Below, piece by piece: positions 59,200-64,000 of a stretch of DNA of 64,000 nt. Where the stretch lies: NCBI GenBank assembly GCA_964441245.1, contig CAYTVR010000004.1:15119-79118 (forward strand), given 5' to 3'. Position 1 is the first letter of the stretch; each line of letters starts with the position of its first letter. The notes below the pieces were generated by a model. That model saw nothing but the letters and a program-made list of their open reading frames with translations. It was not told where the DNA came from and searched no databases. Source of the DNA: an uncultured Saprospiraceae bacterium (GTDB lineage: Bacteria; Bacteroidota; Bacteroidia; Chitinophagales; Saprospiraceae). The position numbers and the translations under genes are program-made.

Positions 59200-59643
59200 A
59201 TGTGTCAACGATTTGAAAATAAACGAAGAGGCCATCATAGAGGCCACAACCGATGGGCTGCTAAACAAGCATTCAAAAGAAAACGTCGAGGAATGAAAGG
59301 TTTCTCAGGAAGTTGGAATTTTCCACCAGTGAATGTACGTGAACACGATGATCAATATGAGCTATATGTTTATGCTCCCGGATTTTCGAAAGAGGCTTTA
59401 CAAGTAGCCGTTGCAGATGGTGTACTCATCATCAAAACGGATCAACAAAATGAAGCAGGAGAACCTAAGCAACACTGGCGTCGACAAGAATTTAATCCTA
59501 CTGGCTTCAAACGACGATTTGAATTACCCGAGGGTATCGATGCAGAAAACATTGGAGCCAAATATGAAAATGGAGTACTCCTAATCACCTTACCAAAACT
59601 AGAGGATTTTCAGACTCAAAGACGAACCGTAGAGGTAAAATAG
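59200..59643 (+). CDS. Hsp20/alpha-crystallin family small heat-shock protein with a basic N-terminal extension
   Basis: The alpha-crystallin domain reads VNVREHDDQYELYVYAPGFSKEAL...FKRRFELPEGIDAENIGAKYENGVLLITLPK. The start is uncertain; an alternative Met lies at residue 32. Confidence 0.8.
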   Translation: MCQRFENKRRGHHRGHNRWAAKQAFKRKRRGMKGFSGSWNFPPVNVREHDDQYELYVYAPGFSKEALQVAVADGVLIIKTDQQNEAGEPKQHWRRQEFNPTGFKRRFELPEGIDAENIGAKYENGVLLITLPKLEDFQTQRRTVEVK

Positions 59644-59796
59644 TTATGATAGAATAACTAATGAAGAAGGCCGCTTAATCATTAAGTGGCCTTTTTCAAT
59701 TTTAAAATAGACCATCTAGAAAAAAAAGAAACGGAAACTCGCTAAGCGAATTCCCGTCATTCTGTGAATTGTTAATTATAATGGTCAAATGATTTT

Positions 59797-61095
59797 TTAT
59801 TTTTTCCCTTTAGATGCAAAGACTGATTTGTCATTAGATTTAAATAAATAAATCCCTCCAGATGCACTTCCCATATCATCATCCTTGTAGGCTCCGACAA
59901 ACACATCTTGCCCAAATATCGCTACACTCGAACCGAATAAATCACCTGGCTCTGCATCCGTAGCCATCAACTTTCCTGTATTTCCCCAATTATCCATTCC
60001 GCCTTTTTCCTTCTTATACATATATACAGCACCAGCTTTCATAAAGTGGCCTTCACTTCCTACAATCAAACAATTTTCTGATAAAGAAATATGACGGCCA
60101 AATTGATCATTCATATCTCCATCGATTGCCTTCATTTTTTTCAATTCTCCCCAGTTATTTGTTCCTCCTAAACTTTCTTTAAATAAATAAACCGTACCTG
60201 AACTGCCATCCGTACGCGGTGCGCCCACAGCCATATAATGACCATTGATCGCTACTGATCTACCAAATCTAGCTTTTCGCTGTCGGTCTGATGCTAAAAT
60301 TTGTACTTGTTCTCCCCAATTATCCATTCCGCCTTTTGCTTTAGCAAAAATCGTAATTGACCCTACTCCATTGTCATTGTCCGCACCAATCACTGCCCGA
60401 TCATTATCCAAGGCAACACTTACCCCAAATTGATCATTTGCACTATTACTTTTAGCTGATAATTTTTTTAACTCATTCCATTCGATTTCTCCTTTTTTAA
60501 AAAGGTAAGCCGCTCCTGATTTATTTCCATTTTGATCATTACCGTAAGCACCAATCAAAAGATACTGATCAGTCATCGCAATACTATTTCCAAAATAATC
60601 TCCTTCAACACCATCATGAGCAATTACTTTTTTGGTCTCTCCCCAATTATCCATTCCGCCTTGATCTTTTTTGAAAATATATACTGCTCCGGTAAAGTCA
60701 TCATTACCCGGTGCACTTACGGCAACTTCGTTTTTGTGAATAAAAACACTCGTTCCAAAGTTATTAAATGCCGCTCCATCACTTGCAGTTAATTTTTTAA
60801 TCAAGGCCCAATCATCTTTACCTTCATCGGCCCGATGAAAGAGATAAGCCGCCCCTGCTTCAGCTCCTTTTTCATCTTCAGTCCAAGCGCCTACGACAGC
60901 AAAATTTCCATAAACAGAAACGCTTTTACCAAAGTTATCAGAACCTTCGCTTTCCTGAATGACTTTTTTGATACCTTCATTATTTTCTTGTGCTTTTAGT
61001 GTACCCACACTAAACAACAATAATAAGGCTAGACTAAATAATTTAAGAGGATCAGTCGACAAGAAGAACCCTTGTCTTTTGTATTCATTTTTCAT
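59797..61095 (-). CDS. Secreted FG-GAP-like repeat (7-bladed propeller-type) protein
   Basis: Seven ~55-aa repeats of the form FG.SV.i.g....VGA......G..SGAaYlF.k..GG.DNWGE..K. Signal peptide present. Confidence 0.7.
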   Translation of the reverse strand: MKNEYKRQGFFLSTDPLKLFSLALLLLFSVGTLKAQENNEGIKKVIQESEGSDNFGKSVSVYGNFAVVGAWTEDEKGAEAGAAYLFHRADEGKDDWALIKKLTASDGAAFNNFGTSVFIHKNEVAVSAPGNDDFTGAVYIFKKDQGGMDNWGETKKVIAHDGVEGDYFGNSIAMTDQYLLIGAYGNDQNGNKSGAAYLFKKGEIEWNELKKLSAKSNSANDQFGVSVALDNDRAVIGADNDNGVGSITIFAKAKGGMDNWGEQVQILASDRQRKARFGRSVAINGHYMAVGAPRTDGSSGTVYLFKESLGGTNNWGELKKMKAIDGDMNDQFGRHISLSENCLIVGSEGHFMKAGAVYMYKKEKGGMDNWGNTGKLMATDAEPGDLFGSSVAIFGQDVFVGAYKDDDMGSASGGIYLFKSNDKSVFASKGKK

Positions 61096-61363
61096 GGTTA
61101 TGTATTTACATTCCTTTGAGGAAATTGGTTTTCATTGATTCATTCTGATAATTCTAAAAAGAATTATTTCAAAATAATCTACTCAACTAATAGGAGTTTT
61201 TTTTGAGAGGTGTTAATGTTGGTTGGAGGGAAATTACTTGAAACTATACTTAGGAAGGATATTATTTTTACACCAATTTTTATGCCGAAATTGATTTATT
61301 GTATCAAATGGTAAAAAAAAATTATTAACTAGTTTGACAAAAAACTCAACTTTGAGATCAACG

Positions 61364-61403
61364 AAAAAATCTCTTTTAACATAAAAATTACGTTAAAAGA
61401 GAT
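61364..61403 (-). terminator. Rho-independent terminator
   Basis: The 12-bp stem atctcttttaac / gttaaaagagat has a T-run on the minus strand. Confidence 0.75.
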
Positions 61404-61435
61404 TCCCCAATAAAGTGAGCCTTATGAAGGCAAAA

Positions 61436-63874
61436 CTATTCTTTACTAATTACCATTTTTTGTTGAAAAACCTTTCCATTGGCTTCTACTTTTAGATGGT
61501 AAATTCCGGCACTTAGTTTCGAAGAAGGTACATTAGCGATGGTCAGACCTTCGTCTAAATATAATTGTTGCGTCAATACCAATTGCCCTATATTGTTGTG
61601 CAATGACATCATCGCTTTTTGTTCTCCAGGCGCATAAATTTGGAAATGCGCATCTTTGCCAAAATTAATTGGATTAGGTGTAATCAATCCCACTTCGATT
61701 TCTGCTCGTTTAAAGATATGTACCAAATTAGAATACTCCATTTCATTATTAAAATCAACTTGACGTAAGCGATAATAACTATTTCCCGTCAAGGGCTGAC
61801 TATCAATAAAGGTATAATTTATTTGTTCTGTACTGTTTCCACGAGAATCGACAAATCCTATTTCTTCCCAGTTGGAAACGTCGCCAGCTCTTTCTATTAC
61901 AAAACCACGATTGTTGACTTCACTGGCTGTTGCCCAATCCAAAATGACTTTTGTCTTTTGATATTTTCCACGAAAGTGGAGTAACTCAACAGGTAATGCA
62001 GATCCATTACTACCGGCTCCGCCTCCACCTCCCGAGAAAGAAGTCACTTTAAATTCTGCATAATAATCAGTAGCTCCTTGCATACCCATCATCCACTTAG
62101 AAGTAGATGGAGTAGCATCATTGATCAACAATACTACATCCGAGCTGGTCACGGTATTGACTGCCGGATGATTGCCCAAAGCGTCATTAGTCACTTTATA
62201 AAAACTCAATTGATCCGCAGTACTCAGCGGCGTCAAACTTTGATTAGTCAGCTCCGCATTCAATGCATCAAACTCTGTATCTGTAAAGTAAAATCGAACA
62301 TCCACTGTTTGTCCAGGACTTGGCTGAACGTTTGGCGCTACTTCCCAACTCCGATTAAAAATAACTGCACCCGTTGGATTCTTGATAAAACAATCTCCGG
62401 CCACGCCACAATCTTTTTCATAAAAACTTGCGATTGGATTTTGTGTTTCAACACTTATTCCATTTACAGGAATAACGGCTCCAGAACTACCTGTTTTTAA
62501 AGACAATAATAATTCTCCTGTACAGCTACAATAGTGAGTCCATCCATTTGCATCGGTGTTGACATAATCTGAGCCAGTCTGTCCTGTTGTTGAAGCAATA
62601 GTTGCTAGACTTGGATCACAAACCAATCCCAACCAATATGCAGAACCAGATGTACTTCCTTTATCATCATCTTCATAAGCTCCGGCAAAAACGTTGCTAC
62701 TATTTATAGATACACTTTCTCCAAACTGATCATCAATAGCAGCATCTGCAGCCGTTACTTTTTTAAGTTGCCCCCAGTTACTCGGTCCTCCAAAATTTTG
62801 TTCATAAAAATAGGCTGCACCTTTATTACTATCATTTCCTGGTGCCCCAACTACTAAATCGGTATTCTCGATGGAAACGCTTCTTCCAAAAAAGTCATTC
62901 GCAACTCCATCACTTCCTGTTACTTTTGCGACTTGTCCCCAATTACTGAATCGAAAAAAGGTATAAGCAGCTCCTTTATTCGAAGAATCTCCGTCGGCAC
63001 CTACTGCTAAATTAATGAGAGAAATAGAAACACTCACTCCAAAGTTATCACCAGGATTCGCATCAGCAGCATTCAGTTTTTTAACCATGCCCCAATTATC
63101 CGTTCCACCTTGATCTTTGCTATGAATAAAAACAGAACCAGTATTGCTATCATCTCCTTTTGAACCAATGGCAGCATATGTTCCAAAAATAGAGACGCTA
63201 AAACCAAAATTATCATCGACAGCTCCCGTTGACTCTGTTAGCTTTACTAGTTGTCCCCAGTTGTCCGCTCCACCTTCATCCTTTTCAAAAATATAAGCAG
63301 AACCAGATTCACTTCCTTTATCGTCATCACCATAAGCCCCTACTATAATATGGTCTCCATTCAAACTTAGGCTAGCGCCAAAATAATCATCCGAATCAGC
63401 ATCAGCTGCAACTAATATTTTAAATTCTCCCCAATTATCGGTTCCGCCTTCATCCTTTTTAAAAATATAAACAGCACCTGCACCTGAAGTTTTTTCATGA
63501 GCACCTACGATTACATAATCACCAGAAATGAAAACGGCATGTCCGAAAGCATCTCCAGCAGCTCCATCAGAAGCCGTTAGTTTTTTAAGCATTCCCCAGT
63601 TATCCGTTCCTCCTTGGTTGCGCGCCAATAAATAAGCCGCACCTGCATTGGAGCCATTGTCATCATCAGCCCAAGCGCCAATAATAGCATAGTCACCATA
63701 AATGGAAACACTTTTTCCATAATTGTCTTCAGCCTCGCCATCTGTAGCGATTTGCTTTAGTTTTTGACTCCAACCTTGAGCCGAAGAGATTGAGATATTA
63801 AAAAAGAAGCAAGAACAAAGGAAGGTAAATACAGTAAATGTAAAGTTAATCTGAGTGTGTAAATTTTTTCTCAT
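61436..63874 (-). CDS. Secreted FG-GAP-like repeat propeller protein with a central beta-rich region and a T9SS C-terminal sorting domain
   Basis: The same DNWG/FG..V repeat family as 59797..61095 (about 7 repeats). A GGGGGAG linker. The C-terminus ITPNPINFGKDAHF...GIYHLKVEANGKVFQQKMVISKE looks like a T9SS CTD. Confidence 0.75.
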   Translation of the reverse strand: MRKNLHTQINFTFTVFTFLCSCFFFNISISSAQGWSQKLKQIATDGEAEDNYGKSVSIYGDYAIIGAWADDDNGSNAGAAYLLARNQGGTDNWGMLKKLTASDGAAGDAFGHAVFISGDYVIVGAHEKTSGAGAVYIFKKDEGGTDNWGEFKILVAADADSDDYFGASLSLNGDHIIVGAYGDDDKGSESGSAYIFEKDEGGADNWGQLVKLTESTGAVDDNFGFSVSIFGTYAAIGSKGDDSNTGSVFIHSKDQGGTDNWGMVKKLNAADANPGDNFGVSVSISLINLAVGADGDSSNKGAAYTFFRFSNWGQVAKVTGSDGVANDFFGRSVSIENTDLVVGAPGNDSNKGAAYFYEQNFGGPSNWGQLKKVTAADAAIDDQFGESVSINSSNVFAGAYEDDDKGSTSGSAYWLGLVCDPSLATIASTTGQTGSDYVNTDANGWTHYCSCTGELLLSLKTGSSGAVIPVNGISVETQNPIASFYEKDCGVAGDCFIKNPTGAVIFNRSWEVAPNVQPSPGQTVDVRFYFTDTEFDALNAELTNQSLTPLSTADQLSFYKVTNDALGNHPAVNTVTSSDVVLLINDATPSTSKWMMGMQGATDYYAEFKVTSFSGGGGGAGSNGSALPVELLHFRGKYQKTKVILDWATASEVNNRGFVIERAGDVSNWEEIGFVDSRGNSTEQINYTFIDSQPLTGNSYYRLRQVDFNNEMEYSNLVHIFKRAEIEVGLITPNPINFGKDAHFQIYAPGEQKAMMSLHNNIGQLVLTQQLYLDEGLTIANVPSSKLSAGIYHLKVEANGKVFQQKMVISKE

Positions 63875-64000
63875 CGATATTAAGGGTTTATTCGTCTTTC
63901 TTTTGCTAGAACTAATTTCTGCAAATTTTATTTGTCAAATTACCACTTCAAAATATTAGGTTTTGAAATGTTTTATAAAAAGTTATTGCGCTTTTCGAAA

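Noticed and set aside
59797-63874. Regularly spaced ~20-nt repeats that could be mistaken for a CRISPR-like array
   Set aside because: The repeats lie in frame within long ORFs and encode the GG-x-DNWG blade motif. The spacing (~165 bp) and the lack of a non-coding context are incompatible with CRISPR.
1-64000. Defence islands, prophage, integrative elements, toxin-antitoxin pairs and CRISPR-Cas
   Set aside because: No integrase, transposase, nuclease/helicase/ATPase combinations, phage structural genes or repeat-spacer arrays were recognisable. The tRNA-Leu is not flanked by an integrase or a direct repeat of its 3' end.

Overview
AT-rich (about mid-30s % GC by eye, not computed) chromosomal segment from a Bacteroidota genome. 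The phylum call rests on four proteins with T9SS C-terminal sorting domains, fused E1 alpha/beta, TPR/LuxR-tail regulators, SGLT-linked xylA and TAnnTTTG-type promoter motifs. I support about 50 CDS and one tRNA-Leu(GAG). I saw no rRNA, CRISPR array, transposase, integrase, phage genes or recognisable defence system. Modules from left to right:
(1) A T9SS beta-helix protein fragment, an M49-like peptidase and a VOC protein.
(2) An apparently eroded methylmalonyl-CoA mutase locus: meaB, a short mutA and no mutB, with a codon-biased lipoprotein gene and ORF-free DNA in between.
(3) iscS-iscU-iscA.
(4) Acyl-CoA and branched-chain catabolism: SDR, fused E1 and enoyl-CoA hydratase.
(5) A stand-alone double-glycine-leader peptide gene next to an orphan TPR histidine kinase.
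(6) A phenylacetate (paa) catabolic cluster, paaABC-lipoprotein-paaD-paaG-paaH-(MoaD-like)-thiolase, interrupted by repeats.
(7) A tight four-gene operon of unknown function: DUF3857/transglutaminase-like, tandem retropepsin, triple CBM48 and a zinc-finger peptide.
(8) A large T9SS metallophosphoesterase and a T9SS thioredoxin-like protein.
(9) A photolyase-family gene and the tRNA.
(10) A xylose locus. It holds a xylulokinase paralog fused to a LuxR-type HTH, a 7-haem cytochrome/TPR protein, then xylB, xylA and an SGLT symporter.
(11) mlaFE-like ABC genes, an SDR, a DUF2807-like protein and a membrane AraC regulator.
(12) An ECF sigma, small membrane proteins and Hsp20.
(13) Two paralogous FG-GAP-like propeller proteins.
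The best-supported new observations are a 111-125 bp MITE present three times, each with a perfect 8-bp target-site duplication, and the kinase-HTH fusion. No single obvious novel system stands out, and all functional calls come from motif recognition by eye without database searches.
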